64,000 nt of DNA from Candidatus Moraniibacteriota bacterium (GTDB lineage Bacteria; Patescibacteriota; Minisyncoccia; Moranbacterales; GCA-2747515), in the NCBI GenBank assembly GCA_016699795.1, contig CP065011.1, forward strand, positions 755,449-819,448. Direction: 5' to 3'. This document shows positions 29,839-41,500 of this stretch, one piece after another. A program made the position numbers and the translations under genes. A model generated the notes under the pieces. That model made no database searches and had not been told where the DNA came from. It was given only the letters and a program-made list of their open reading frames with translations. Positions within the stretch are counted from its first letter, which is position 1. Each line of letters opens with the position of its first letter.

Positions 29839-29887
29839 AATATTGTTTGTGTAGTTTCCGGTGTTTTAAAAGTAAGAGAATGTTTCT

Positions 29888-30682
29888 ATGAAAGAGATGT
29901 CTACAAAAGATATTGTGCATTGTGAACATATAACTGTGAAACGGGGAGATTTTTTGGCATTGGATGATGTCTCTTTCCGTATTCAATATGGTGAATATGT
30001 TGGAATTGTTGGTCCAAATGGGGCAGGGAAAACCACACTCCTTTTAGCTATTCTTGGTATTATTTCCCCAAATAAAGGTTTTATTTCATTAGCACCTGAT
30101 GTGCGCATTGGATATGTTCCCCAGAAATATTTTCCCAATAATACATTTCCTGTTTCTGTCTCAGAAATAGTAGCTATGGGATTTGGACAGAAAAGTTTTC
30201 TTTTTTGGAAGAAAAAGGAGAAAGAGGAAAAAATAAAAAATGTACTGGAATCAGTAGGTCTTTCTGCTTCCTTTATGCAAAGAAATTTTAATGATCTTTC
30301 TGGTGGTCAAAAGCAAAGAGTTATTATTGCACGAGCACTTGTTCATGAACCCAACCTTCTTCTCTTCGATGAACCTACAAGTGGAGTTGATCATATAAAT
30401 CGAATTCGGATGTATGAATTATTAGCAGAATTGAATAAGCAAAAAGGCATAACTATTCTTTTTGTTTCTCACGAAATAGAGCATGTAGTAAAAATGTGTA
30501 AGAGGATTCTTTGTTTGGATCGACATCTTCATGAAGGATGCACTCCTATGGAGTTTCTTGAATTAGGTTCAGAAAAAACAAAAGAAGTTGTTCTTAAAAG
30601 TATTACCCCCATTCATCACACTATTCAAACCGAAAAAAATGAGAAGCATACATTGTCCGCACATAAAGAAAATTTACTATGA
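29888..30682 (+). CDS. znuC: Zinc ABC transporter ATP-binding protein
   Basis: Walker A GPNGAGKTT, signature LSGGQKQRVIIARAL, Walker B LLLFDEPTSGVD. Confidence 0.85.
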   Translation: MKEMSTKDIVHCEHITVKRGDFLALDDVSFRIQYGEYVGIVGPNGAGKTTLLLAILGIISPNKGFISLAPDVRIGYVPQKYFPNNTFPVSVSEIVAMGFGQKSFLFWKKKEKEEKIKNVLESVGLSASFMQRNFNDLSGGQKQRVIIARALVHEPNLLLFDEPTSGVDHINRIRMYELLAELNKQKGITILFVSHEIEHVVKMCKRILCLDRHLHEGCTPMEFLELGSEKTKEVVLKSITPIHHTIQTEKNEKHTLSAHKENLL

Positions 30683-31500
30683 CATTTTTTGATATTATAA
30701 TGTTAGATTTTGCACAAAGAGCCTTTTTTATTGGTATTCTAGCTGCTTTTATTTCAGGAATTCTTGGAACCTATGTGGTTGCGGGTCGGTATGCCATTTT
30801 TTCTGATATGCTGGCACATACCTCATTGGCTGGTGTAGGAATAGGAATACTTTTTGGCTTTTCTCCTTCTTTAGGTGGTCTTGGTATTGCTTTATTGAGC
30901 GCTTTCGTTTTGTGGTTTTTTATGAGAGATAAACAGTACACGTCCGATGCTGTAACTATGGTTTTACTTTCTGGTGGTTTGGCTTTAGCTCTCGTCCTTT
31001 CTCATTTTGCAAAAAATAATACCATTTCATTGGAAACATTTCTCTTTGGAAGTGTTCTTACTGTTCGTCCTGAGGAAGTCTGGTATTTTTTGGGAGCTTC
31101 AGTATGTATCGGAACCTTTTTGCTCTTTTTTGGATCAAAACTTAAAACTATTGTGCTTGATCCTTCGTATGCAAAAAGCGAATCTCGAATTTCGACTTCT
31201 CTTATTGAATTGTTTTTCTTTTTGAGCGTAGCTATTTTTGTAGGTTTTTCTCTTAAGATTATCGGAGGACTTCTTATTGGTGCTCTTTTGGTTATTGCTG
31301 TTGTTACAGCACAATCGTTTTGTAAAAGTTTTTTCTCAGTTCTTCTTTGGAGTGTTTTTTTTAATGTTCTTGCTGTGATTATAGGAATTTTCCTTTCTTT
31401 TTATTTGGATATTCCTACGGGACCCTCTATAGTTCTTTTTCTTATATTTCAATGGATTTTTGTGGGAATTCTTCGTTTGGGGATATTACGTTTTTCTTGA
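30679..31500 (+). CDS. znuB: Zinc ABC transporter permease (ABC-3 family)
   Basis: 273-aa polytopic membrane protein overlapping znuC by 4 bp. N-terminal DFAQRAFFIGILAAFISGILGTYVV is typical of ZnuB/MntB. Confidence 0.8.
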   Translation: MTFFDIIMLDFAQRAFFIGILAAFISGILGTYVVAGRYAIFSDMLAHTSLAGVGIGILFGFSPSLGGLGIALLSAFVLWFFMRDKQYTSDAVTMVLLSGGLALALVLSHFAKNNTISLETFLFGSVLTVRPEEVWYFLGASVCIGTFLLFFGSKLKTIVLDPSYAKSESRISTSLIELFFFLSVAIFVGFSLKIIGGLLIGALLVIAVVTAQSFCKSFFSVLLWSVFFNVLAVIIGIFLSFYLDIPTGPSIVLFLIFQWIFVGILRLGILRFS

Positions 31501-31518
31501 GTCTAGTGTTGTTTTCTC

Positions 31519-33696
31519 TTGCGTCTTCTTTTTATTGTGTTAGAGTTCTTATATATGGAAAGAATAAGAATATTCGGGAAAAATTTTTTTAAGAAATGCG
31601 GTGTATTTTTACGTGAATTTGCCGTTGTTTTGATTTTTGTTTTGATTTTTTCTGGAGTAGGTGTTGTGGGAGGTGTTGTATATTTATATAAATATGAAAT
31701 TCCTGATTTAGAACAATTAGGATCTGACTCACTTTCTCAAACAACAATAATTTATGACCGTACAGGACAACATATTCTTTATGAACTGTATGGCGAAGAA
31801 AATCGAAAGATTATTCCTCATGAAAAAATTCCTGATGTTTTTCGTAACGCAACTTTGATTACGGAAGATGCTCAATTTTATAAACATTTTGGAATAGATA
31901 TTTTTGCAGTTTTTCGAGCTTTTCGAGTAAATATGCAAAGCGGATCCATACAAGAAGGGGGTTCGACTATTACAATGCAATTAGCAAGAAATTTATACTT
32001 GAATAGGAAGCAAACACTAGAAAGAAAAATAACAGAAGCTTTTATTGCTGTGAAACTCGAACAATTATATTCGAAAGATGAGCTTCTGGATTGGTATCTA
32101 AATACAGTTCCTTATGGAAATAATGCTTATGGTATTCAGTCTGCAGCAAAGACATTTTTTAATAAAGATGCTCAGGATATAACACCAGATGAGGCAGCTC
32201 TTCTTGCTGCGCTTCCGAAGGCAACGACTTACTATTCTCCTTATGGAAATAACACTAATGAATTAATTCAACAACAAAAAAAGATTTTGGAAAAAATGTT
32301 TCTTGCAAATATGCTTTCTGAATCACAGTACCGTGAAGCTCTTGGAAGAAATACTTTACAATATCTTGTTTCTCCAAAAAAAGCCATTGTTGCGCCTCAT
32401 TTTGTTTTTTATGTTATTTCAGAATTAGAAAAATTATACGGAGAAGAAGCTCTTCGAGCAGGAGGTTTTCATGTGTATACTACTTTAGATTTAGATATGC
32501 AGAAAAAAGCAGAAGAAGTTGTTTCTGCAGGAGCCTTCTCAAATATATATTCTCACGGAGCTGAAAATTCTTCACTTGTAGCAATTGATCCAAAAAATGG
32601 AAACGTTCTGGCTATGGTAGGAAGTCGAGATTATTATGATAAAACTATCGATGGCGAAGTGAATGTTGCAACAAGATTGAGACAGCCAGGATCTACTTTT
32701 AAGCCTATAGCATATGCAAAAGCCTTAGAGTTGGGCTTGGAGCCAGAATCTCTTATTTATGATGTGCCAACAAGTTTCGGTCCTGATGGAACGGGAGGAG
32801 AATATATTCCCCAAAATTACAGTGGAAAATTTTTTGGTTTAGTGACGTTCAAAGATGCTTTGGCCATGTCACTCAATATCCCTGCTGTTAAAATTCTTTA
32901 TATTGCAGGTCTGGAAAATACATTAGAATTTGCAAAACGACTCGGTATAACAAGTCTTACTGATAAAAATCGATATGGATTATCTCTTGTTCTTGGAGGA
33001 GGAGAGGTTTCATTATTGGAATTAACGGGGGCTTTTAGTGTTTTTGCTCATGATGGTATAAAAGGAGATGTCTCTGGCATACTTCGTATAACGGGACCAA
33101 CGGGGAATGAAATTGATCGTTTTGAAAGTCAGGGAGAGCGAGTTATGGATGCTCAAGTAGCAAGAAAAATAAACGCTATGTTAAGTGATAATTCGGCAAG
33201 AGCTCCTGTCTTTGGATCGAATAGTTCTTTGGTTATACCAAATGCTTCTGTAGCGATAAAGACGGGAACGACTCAAGAATATCGAGATGGTTGGGCTGTG
33301 GGATATACCCCAGATATTACTATAGGCGTATGGTCTGGAAATAATGATAATCGACCTATGACATCAGGATCAGCTGGAGTTTTTGTTTCAGCGCCTATCT
33401 GGAATACATATATGTCATATGCGTTGGAAAGAATTGGGAAAAAAAGCAGTTTTATTCCTCCAGAAAAAGGTATAAATAAAAATAAAGTTCCTATGGTTGG
33501 GGGGTACGCTTCGACTGAAAAAAAGAACAAAAGAAGCTTACTTTATTATATGGCCGAACAAAATTATCCCGGCGCTCCTTTGTATGATAAAGCAATGATC
33601 GCTAGATGGGATTCGGCAATAAAAAATCATTCTGACGATGACGATGATGACGATGACGATGATGATGACAAAAAAAAGAAAAAGAAGAAAAATTAG
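31519..33696 (+). CDS. Class A penicillin-binding protein (bifunctional glycosyltransferase/transpeptidase, PBP1A-like) with a poly-Asp/poly-Lys C-terminal tail
   Basis: GT51 motifs EDAQFYKHFGID and GGSTITMQLARNLYL. Transpeptidase motifs STFKP (SxxK) and KTGTT. C-terminus SDDDDDDDDDDDDKKKKKKKN. Confidence 0.9.
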   Translation: MRLLFIVLEFLYMERIRIFGKNFFKKCGVFLREFAVVLIFVLIFSGVGVVGGVVYLYKYEIPDLEQLGSDSLSQTTIIYDRTGQHILYELYGEENRKIIPHEKIPDVFRNATLITEDAQFYKHFGIDIFAVFRAFRVNMQSGSIQEGGSTITMQLARNLYLNRKQTLERKITEAFIAVKLEQLYSKDELLDWYLNTVPYGNNAYGIQSAAKTFFNKDAQDITPDEAALLAALPKATTYYSPYGNNTNELIQQQKKILEKMFLANMLSESQYREALGRNTLQYLVSPKKAIVAPHFVFYVISELEKLYGEEALRAGGFHVYTTLDLDMQKKAEEVVSAGAFSNIYSHGAENSSLVAIDPKNGNVLAMVGSRDYYDKTIDGEVNVATRLRQPGSTFKPIAYAKALELGLEPESLIYDVPTSFGPDGTGGEYIPQNYSGKFFGLVTFKDALAMSLNIPAVKILYIAGLENTLEFAKRLGITSLTDKNRYGLSLVLGGGEVSLLELTGAFSVFAHDGIKGDVSGILRITGPTGNEIDRFESQGERVMDAQVARKINAMLSDNSARAPVFGSNSSLVIPNASVAIKTGTTQEYRDGWAVGYTPDITIGVWSGNNDNRPMTSGSAGVFVSAPIWNTYMSYALERIGKKSSFIPPEKGINKNKVPMVGGYASTEKKNKRSLLYYMAEQNYPGAPLYDKAMIARWDSAIKNHSDDDDDDDDDDDDKKKKKKKN

Positions 33697-33726
33697 CAAT
33701 TATGTGATATAGTATATTTATATTTT

Positions 33727-36168
33727 ATGGAAAAGGATAAAAAAATAAAAGAAAAAGAAAAAAGCGAGAAGGAGGATAAAAAGAATTCTTCTGTGGAGTG
33801 GTTTCGATTTTTTGGCTCAACAAGAGAAATTCGAAGAAGTGTCGCTGCTTTGTTTACTTTTGCTTTTTTTATATTTTTTACTTTTTCTTTCTTTTCAAGT
33901 GCTGGAATTTTAGGAGAATATGCAAATTCTTTCTCTGGTATGATTTTTGGCTGGGGAAAATGGATTTTTCCTATTCTACTTCTTGCAGTAACATGGTTTC
34001 TTTTGCAAGGAGGTGCGCATCTTTATTATGTAAGTATTTTTTCTCTCGTTATTTGTTTTTTGGCACTTTTGGGAATATTTCATCTTTTTGTGGAGCCTTC
34101 TGAAATTTCTCAAGCTGTATTTGAGGGACGGGCTGGTGGATATATAGGCTATATAATAGTATCAGCGATGATTCCTCTTTTGGGTTTTTTTGTTTCTTCT
34201 ATTTTTCTTTTTATTTTCTTTTTTTCGGGAATGCTTATAGCATTTGGAGTCTCTTTATTTCCTTTCATACCGAAGCTAAAAAGTAAGAAAGGGGAAGGCG
34301 AAGGGGATGTGAATGAGGGGCTTGATGGAGGAATAGAGAAGCTAAATGATTTAGAAAATAGTGAGAATACTATACACGGGGATGAATTTTCGGATAATTT
34401 TGAATATAAAGAAAAGGACTCATTGATAGAGATATCGCATCCTCAAGTTACGAATGTCCAATTTGAAAAAGATCATTTTATAACAGATATTGAATTTCAG
34501 AATAAAAATAATAGAGAACAAAAAAACATCGAGGAAGATAAAGAATATGAGAGTGGGAAAATTGGAAAATTCTTCTTCGAGGAAGAAATAGAGAAAAAGA
34601 AAAAATCTAAGAAAAAGAAATTTATTAAATGGACCCTTCCTCCATTGAGTCTTCTTTCCAAATCAAGTGAAACTGCAGATTCTGGAGATGCAAAAAAGAA
34701 AAAGAAAATTGTTGTCGAAACTTTAGCTCATTTTGGGATAGCAGTGGTTCCTGTGGAAGAGCGTGTTGGGCCAACGGTTACACAATATCGATTTCGTCCT
34801 GCTGCAGGAGTTAAATTAGAAAAAATTCTTGGTTTAACGAATAATCTCACACTTGCTCTTAAGGCACATTCAATTCGATTAGAAGCTCCTATTCCGGGAG
34901 AGGATCTTATTGGTATAGAAGTTCCTAATGAACGAATTGCCAAAGTTTCTCTTTTTGAAGTTTTGAAAAGTCCACAATTTCAAGAACTTATTGAAAAAAA
35001 GAAACTTCCTGTAGCTCTTGGAAAAGATGTTTCCGGAAAAGTCGTATTCGGAACTTTGACATCTATGCCACATTTATTGATTGCAGGAACTACTGGATCA
35101 GGAAAAAGTGTTTGCATAAATTCTCTCATTCTTTCTCTTTTATTTGCTTATGGGCCTAAAGAGCTCCGTCTTATTTTAGTGGATCCTAAACAAGTTGAAC
35201 TTTCTCAATATAGTAACCTTCCTTTATTAAAGGGTTGTGTCATTATTGATATGAAAAAGGCTGTAGGAGCTCTTAGCTGGGCAATAATTGAAATGGAAGA
35301 TCGATACTCTTTATTAACAAAACAGGGAGTAAGAGACATTCTTTCTTATAATGAGAAAATTCGAACACATCAATATGAAGAAGGGGAAGAAGAATTGAAA
35401 CCACTCCCTTTCATTGTTATTGTTCTGGAAGAATTTTCTGATCTTATGATGACGAACAAAAAGGACGTCGAGGCTGTTGTTGCTCGTTTAGCTCAAAAAT
35501 CAAGAGCTGTGGGCATACATCTTATTCTTTGTATGCAACGTCCAAGTGTTGAAACGGTTACAGGTCTTATAAAAACGAATATTTCAACAAGAATTTCTTT
35601 TAAAGTAGCTTCACAAATTGATTCTCGAACTATTCTTGATCAAGCAGGAGCAGAAAAACTTCTGGGAAATGGTGATATGCTTTTCAAAATATCAGAAGAT
35701 CCTAAACCTCGACGTATTCAGGGTGTTTATGTATCGACCGAAGAAGTACAAGCTGTCGTTGAATTTATTATTCAAAATAATAAAAAGTATCAAGAGAATG
35801 AAATAAGTGAGTCTATTGAAGAATTTGAAAATCAAAATGAAAATGAAAATACTAAACTCATAGAAAAAAAGGTAGGAACTCAAAATGAAGATGATATGGA
35901 CTTTGAACGATACGGCAAAGAGCGTGAAAGAGATAGCCTTTTTGAAGAAGCGAAAAATCTTGTTATTTCTGGAGGAGAAGCCTCCGCATCACTTTTACAA
36001 CGACAATTAAGTGTTGGCTATAACCGTGCGGCAAAACTTCTTGATGCTTTGGAAGAAGAGGGTATAATTGGGCCAAAGAATGGCGCAAAAGGACGCGTTG
36101 TCCTTGTTGATTCGAAAATTTCTGAAGTTGTTTTGGATGAAGAAAATAAGCGAGATATTGTCGATTAA
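33727..36168 (+). CDS. ftsK: DNA translocase FtsK/SpoIIIE
   Basis: N-terminal TM helices and a linker. Motor-domain Walker A GTTGSGKS. C-terminal gamma (winged-helix) domain LLQRQLSVGYNRAAKLLDALEEEGIIGP. Confidence 0.92.
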   Translation: MEKDKKIKEKEKSEKEDKKNSSVEWFRFFGSTREIRRSVAALFTFAFFIFFTFSFFSSAGILGEYANSFSGMIFGWGKWIFPILLLAVTWFLLQGGAHLYYVSIFSLVICFLALLGIFHLFVEPSEISQAVFEGRAGGYIGYIIVSAMIPLLGFFVSSIFLFIFFFSGMLIAFGVSLFPFIPKLKSKKGEGEGDVNEGLDGGIEKLNDLENSENTIHGDEFSDNFEYKEKDSLIEISHPQVTNVQFEKDHFITDIEFQNKNNREQKNIEEDKEYESGKIGKFFFEEEIEKKKKSKKKKFIKWTLPPLSLLSKSSETADSGDAKKKKKIVVETLAHFGIAVVPVEERVGPTVTQYRFRPAAGVKLEKILGLTNNLTLALKAHSIRLEAPIPGEDLIGIEVPNERIAKVSLFEVLKSPQFQELIEKKKLPVALGKDVSGKVVFGTLTSMPHLLIAGTTGSGKSVCINSLILSLLFAYGPKELRLILVDPKQVELSQYSNLPLLKGCVIIDMKKAVGALSWAIIEMEDRYSLLTKQGVRDILSYNEKIRTHQYEEGEEELKPLPFIVIVLEEFSDLMMTNKKDVEAVVARLAQKSRAVGIHLILCMQRPSVETVTGLIKTNISTRISFKVASQIDSRTILDQAGAEKLLGNGDMLFKISEDPKPRRIQGVYVSTEEVQAVVEFIIQNNKKYQENEISESIEEFENQNENENTKLIEKKVGTQNEDDMDFERYGKERERDSLFEEAKNLVISGGEASASLLQRQLSVGYNRAAKLLDALEEEGIIGPKNGAKGRVVLVDSKISEVVLDEENKRDIVD

Positions 36169-36194
36169 GTTTTTTCTGTGCTAGTATTCGTTAC

Positions 36195-37190
36195 ATGGTA
36201 CCGAAAGTTGGTTTTATACGAAAGAAAGTCCGCTCTCTGACTCTGGGAGAGAGAATTATAAAAACTCGAAATGAGCGAGGTTTGAGTTTGGTAGAAATTT
36301 CAAAACACACAGGAATACGAACAAAGTATTTGGAGGCTATTGAAAAAGGAGATATGAATGCTTTACCCGCCCCTGTGTATGTACATGGTTTTTTGCGTTC
36401 TTATGCGCGATATCTTGGCGAAGATGAAGAGAGATTTATCGTTTTGTTTGATAGAGAAAGAGGAATAGCAAAAAATCTTTCTTTAAAAGATAATGATGAG
36501 GAGCAATCAAGAAATCTTTGGAGCTCTCCAAAACCTTTAGTATCTCATGCTATTACGCCGAGTTTTTTAATTTCTTTTCTTTTTCTCTTTCTTTTTCTTG
36601 GGGGGCTTTGGTATATTTACTCTGGACTTTCTAAATTCGTTTCTGAACCTCAGATTTTCATAGCATCTCCAGAAGGGGGCTCTATAATAAAAGGATCCTC
36701 GGTTTTACTAGAAGGAAAAACAGATGTTAATGCTGAACTTTATGTAAATGATCGAAAAGTATTAGTCGATGAATCGGGGAATTTTTCTGAACGTATAGAA
36801 ATTCGAAAGGGAACAAACACATTAGTCCTTCGATCAAAAAATGCATTTGAAAAAGAAATAGAAAAAACAGTGACAGTTATAGGTGAATGGGAGGATGTTG
36901 TTGAAAAAATTTCTGAAAACGAAAAACAATTATTACCTTTTTTTCTTGAAAATCGATCAAATATCTCAGTGAAGATTCAAATATCTATTGACTCTGGAAC
37001 TATTCAGGAATTCACTCTTCAGAAAAAAGAAAAGAAAGAATTTTTTGGGAATGAAAAAGCTGTAATTTCATCTGATATTGGAAAAGATGTATATATTCAG
37101 TTTGGGGATGAAACAGCGAGTAGTTTGGATTCCTCTCCAGGTAAGATTTCTGAAAAAGAAATAATTTTTTCAAAGATGAAGGAAGAATAG
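36195..37190 (+). CDS. rodZ: RodZ-like HTH (XRE) cytoskeleton-associated membrane protein
   Basis: N-terminal HTH LGERIIKTRNERGLSLVEISKHTGIRTKYLEAIEKGDMNALPAPVYVHGFLRSYARYLG closely matches the RodZ N-terminus. Followed by a TM helix and an extracytoplasmic domain. Confidence 0.6.
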   Translation: MVPKVGFIRKKVRSLTLGERIIKTRNERGLSLVEISKHTGIRTKYLEAIEKGDMNALPAPVYVHGFLRSYARYLGEDEERFIVLFDRERGIAKNLSLKDNDEEQSRNLWSSPKPLVSHAITPSFLISFLFLFLFLGGLWYIYSGLSKFVSEPQIFIASPEGGSIIKGSSVLLEGKTDVNAELYVNDRKVLVDESGNFSERIEIRKGTNTLVLRSKNAFEKEIEKTVTVIGEWEDVVEKISENEKQLLPFFLENRSNISVKIQISIDSGTIQEFTLQKKEKKEFFGNEKAVISSDIGKDVYIQFGDETASSLDSSPGKISEKEIIFSKMKEE

Positions 37191-37277
37191 CAAAAGTGTG
37201 TTAGTATTGCGTATACTATGTATAATAGATATGATTCATAAGAAATTAATTTCTATAAAGTCTAAGAAAAGAACAGT

Positions 37278-38291
37278 ATGGTTAAGAAAAAGGAAAAATC
37301 AGCAGAAGATCAAAAAAATACTCTCGGAGCAGTTGTAAATGAAATTCGAGAACGATTCGGGGAGGGTATTATTATGAAATTGGGCGATGTAAAAAAGGTT
37401 GATGTAGAGGCAATACCAACAGGATCTGTATCTTTGGATATGGCATTGGGAATAGGAGGTATTCCTCGAGGAAGAGTGATTGAAATTTATGGGCCAGAAT
37501 CTTCTGGAAAAACAACATTAGCGCTTCATATTATTGCTAACTCTCAGAAAAAAGGAGGAACCGCTGCTTTTGTGGATGCTGAACATGCACTTGATCCTGA
37601 ATATGCTAAAAAGATAGGTGTCGATGTTGATAATATTCTTATTTCTCAACCTGATGCAGGGGAACAAGCTCTTGATATTGTGGAAACATTAGTGCGAAGT
37701 GGTGTTGTCGACGTTATCGTTATCGATTCCGTGGCGGCACTTGTTCCTCGAGCTGAAATTGAGGGGGAGATGGGTGATCAACATGTTGGACGTCAGGCTC
37801 GTCTTATGTCTCAAGCTCTTCGCAAACTTACACCTATCGTTTCTCGGGCAAATACAACTGTTATATTCATCAATCAAATCCGTATGAAGATCGGAGTGAT
37901 GTTTGGTAACCCCGAAACAACAACAGGAGGACAGGCATTAAAATTTTATTCTTCTGTTCGATTGGAAGTTCGAAAAGCAGCTCAGATAAAGAAAAATGAT
38001 GAAGTGGTAGGAAATCGTGTTAAAGTAAAAGTGGTAAAAAATAAAGTAGCACCACCATTTCGAACGGCTGAATTTGATATTATGTATAATGAAGGAATTT
38101 CTCTTTCAGGAGATCTTATAGATACTGGATCTGAACGTGGAGTTGTAAAGAAATCTGGAAATTCTTATTCGTATGGAGAGATAAAATTAGGAACTGGAAG
38201 AGAGAAGGCAAAACAATTTCTTCGAGAAAATCTTGATATTTTAGAAGAAATAAAGACTAAAATTATGGAAACAACGAGTAGTAATGTATAA
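37278..38291 (+). CDS. recA: Recombinase RecA
   Basis: Walker [14 protein letters not shown]; conserved [42 protein letters not shown]. Confidence 0.97.
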   Translation: MVKKKEKSAEDQKNTLGAVVNEIRERFGEGIIMKLGDVKKVDVEAIPTGSVSLDMALGIGGIPRGRVIEIYGPESSGKTTLALHIIANSQKKGGTAAFVDAEHALDPEYAKKIGVDVDNILISQPDAGEQALDIVETLVRSGVVDVIVIDSVAALVPRAEIEGEMGDQHVGRQARLMSQALRKLTPIVSRANTTVIFINQIRMKIGVMFGNPETTTGGQALKFYSSVRLEVRKAAQIKKNDEVVGNRVKVKVVKNKVAPPFRTAEFDIMYNEGISLSGDLIDTGSERGVVKKSGNSYSYGEIKLGTGREKAKQFLRENLDILEEIKTKIMETTSSNV

Positions 38292-38329
38292 TATTTAGAA
38301 TAAAAATCATTTTATCTTAATTCGATATC

Positions 38330-38358
38330 TTGACAAAGGAAGATATTCCCTTTATAGT
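38330..38358 (+). promoter_or_regulatory. Sigma70-like promoter upstream of rpoB (TTGACA-N17-TATAGT)
   Basis: ttgaca at 38330-38335, 17-nt spacer, tatagt at 38353-38358, about 180 nt upstream of the rpoB start. Confidence 0.45.
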
Positions 38359-38537
38359 TTGGACTATTCAAGAATTTGGACTGATTTTCTTCCTTTTTTC
38401 GGGCTCGCAGAAATTTAAGAAAAATGTGTCAAGGGTGATGGCATTTTTTCGTTTTACAAGAAAGAAATAATTATTGAAGAACCTCTATTTTCTCTCCATC
38501 TAGTTTTATCGGGAGGGACGAATATGGGTGTGTTTTT

Positions 38538-41500
38538 ATGCATACGGAGTACAAAGAATTAAAAGTTAAAAAAGTCGTTGGAGAAAAGTCTTCTCTTTCT
38601 CGAAGAAAGTCCTTTCAAAAACGCATAACCGTATCCTTGCCAAATCTTATAGAGGCACAAACAAATTCTTATCGTTGGTTTTTGGACAAAGGCATCGAAG
38701 AGCTTTTTAAAGAGGTAAATCCTATTACTGATTTTACCGGAAAAGATTTGGAATTAAGTATCACTGATTATTATCTTGATCGTGCAAAATTTGATGAACG
38801 AACTACGAAAGCAAAAAATCTTTCTTACGAAGCTCCTCTACGAGCAAAAGCGAAATTAATTATAAAAAAAACAGGAGAAGTCCAAGAGCAAGAAATTTAT
38901 CTTGGGGACTTTCCTATTATGACTGACCGGGGAAGTTTTATTGTAAATGGAGTAGAAAGAGTAGTTGTAAGTCAATTAATTCGAAGCCCCGGAGTTTTTT
39001 TCACCATGAACTACCAAAAAGGAAAAAAACTTTTTGGAGCTAAGGTTATACCAAATCGAGGAGCTTGGCTTGAAATTGAGACGGATGCTGATGGTGCATT
39101 GTGGGTAAAAATTGATCGAAAACGAAAAGCTCCTATTACAGCTTTACTTCGAGCTTTCGGATATTCTTCAAATGAAGAAATCGTAAAACTTTTTTCTCAA
39201 GATGCATTTAAAGATACTGATTTTATAACACAAACACTCAGTAAAGATATTTCTACCAATAGTGGAGAAGGATATATCGAAATCTATAAAAGACTTCGTC
39301 CTGGAGATTATGCTACCGAAGAAAACGCGAAACAAATGATTGATTCGATGTTTTTTAGCTTTGAACGTTATGACTTTGGATCAGTAGGACGATATCGTCT
39401 TAACCAACGATTAGGTATTGAGAGAGAGAATAATGAAGAAAATAGAGTTCTTCTTTTGGAAGATTTGGTTGAAATTATTCGTGAAATAATGCGACTTAAT
39501 AATGATCCTGAATCACTTCCTGATGATATCGATCATTTGGGAAATCGTCGTGTGCGTGGTGTGGGAGAACTTGTTCAAAATAAACTTCGTGTGGGAATTT
39601 ATCGAATGGTTCGAAATATCAAAGATAGAATGAGTACCTGTGACATTACGACAGTTATGCCTGGACAGCTTATTAATCCAAGACCTGTCGCAGCTTCGAT
39701 AAAAGAGTTTTTTTCAAGCTCTCAGTTGTCACAATTCATGGATCAAATTAACCCTTTAGCTGAGCTTGAACATAAACGTCGTCTATCCGCTATGGGACCT
39801 GGAGGTTTAACTCGTGAGCGAGCAGGTTTTGAAGTCCGTGACGTTCACCATTCTCATTATGGAAGAATTTGTCCAGTACAGACTCCAGAAGGTCCAAATA
39901 TTGGACTTGTAGGACATATGGCAACATATGCTCGTATTAATGAGTATGGATTTTTGGAAACCCCTTATCTTGTGGTAAATCATTCAGCAATAGGAAAAGA
40001 TGAATTAAAGGGACGAATTCTTTCTGAAAATATCAAAGGAATTGCTCAATCGGGAGAAAAAATTACAGAAGAGCTTGCTAAAAAAATTGCTAAAAAAATG
40101 GGAGATAAAGGAGTAATGGTTGTTCCTTATGTAAGTGAAAAAATTGAATATCTTAACGCTATTGTTGAAGATAAACACAGCATTGCTCATGCTGGCGTTA
40201 CTATGGACGATGATTTTAACATTATCGATCCTATGGTAGATGCAAGAGATCATGGGCATCCAGGAAGTGTTCCTCATGAAAAAATTGATTATATTGACGT
40301 TAGTGCCAAGCAATGTATTTCTGTTGCAACATCACTTATTCCTTTCTTAGAGCATGATGATGCCAACCGTGCATTGATGGGTTCTAATATGCAACGACAG
40401 GCAGTTTCTTGTGTTTTACCAGACTCACCTATCGTGGGTACAGGAATTGAAGATAAAGCTGCTGCTGATTCTGGACAGGTAGTTTTGGCCCAGAAAGAAG
40501 GAGAGATTATCTCAGTTGACGCACGAAGGGTTATTGTTCGAGAAACTCCCAAAGATACTAAGAAAAAATATTTTGATAGAGAATATCCTTTGTTGTCATT
40601 TGCTAAATCCAATGCCTTTTCTAGTATAAATCAGACACCAAGAGTGTCTCGTGGAGATAAAGTAAAGAAAGGTGATCTTTTGGCTGACGGAGCTTCAACT
40701 GATAATGGAGAACTTGCTCTCGGACAAAATATTCTTGTAGCATTTGTTCCTTGGGAAGGATATAACTTTGAAGACGCTATTATTATTTCTGAGCGTTTAC
40801 TTCAACAAGATCGTTACACCTCAATTCATATTGAAGATTTTGTTTTGGATGTGCGTGATACCAAGCTTGGGCCAGAAGTTGTAACGAGAGATATTCCTAA
40901 TATTGGAGAAGATCGCCTTCGAAATTTGGATGAGACAGGAATTATTCGTATCGGTGCTGAAATTTCTTCGGGTGATATTCTTATTGGAAAGATTACTCCA
41001 AAAGGAGAGGGTGATTTGACTGCTGAAGAACGATTGCTCCGAGCTATTTTTGGAGAGAAGTCAAAAGATGTAAAAGACTCCTCTTTATATCTTCCTCATG
41101 GAGAGCATGGAAAAATTGTTGATATCAAGATTTTTTCTCGAGAACAAGGAGATAAATTGTCGAGTGGTGTTATAGAACAAATTCAAGTTTCTGTTGCACA
41201 GCTTCGTAAAATATCTGTTGGAGATAAACTTGCGGGACGTCATGGAAATAAGGGTGTTATCTCTCGAATTGCTCCTGTTGAAGATATGCCATTTTTACCA
41301 GATGGAACTCCTGTGGATATGGTGCTTAATCCTCTTGGAGTAGCGAGTCGTATGAACATTGGACAGATACTCGAAACTCACCTTGGTTGGGCAGCAAAAG
41401 AATTGGGTTATAAAGTAGCCACTCCTGCATTGGACGGAATTTCTGAAGATCGTATTAAAGAAGAATTAAGAAAAGCTGGACTTCCAGAAGATGGAAAAGC

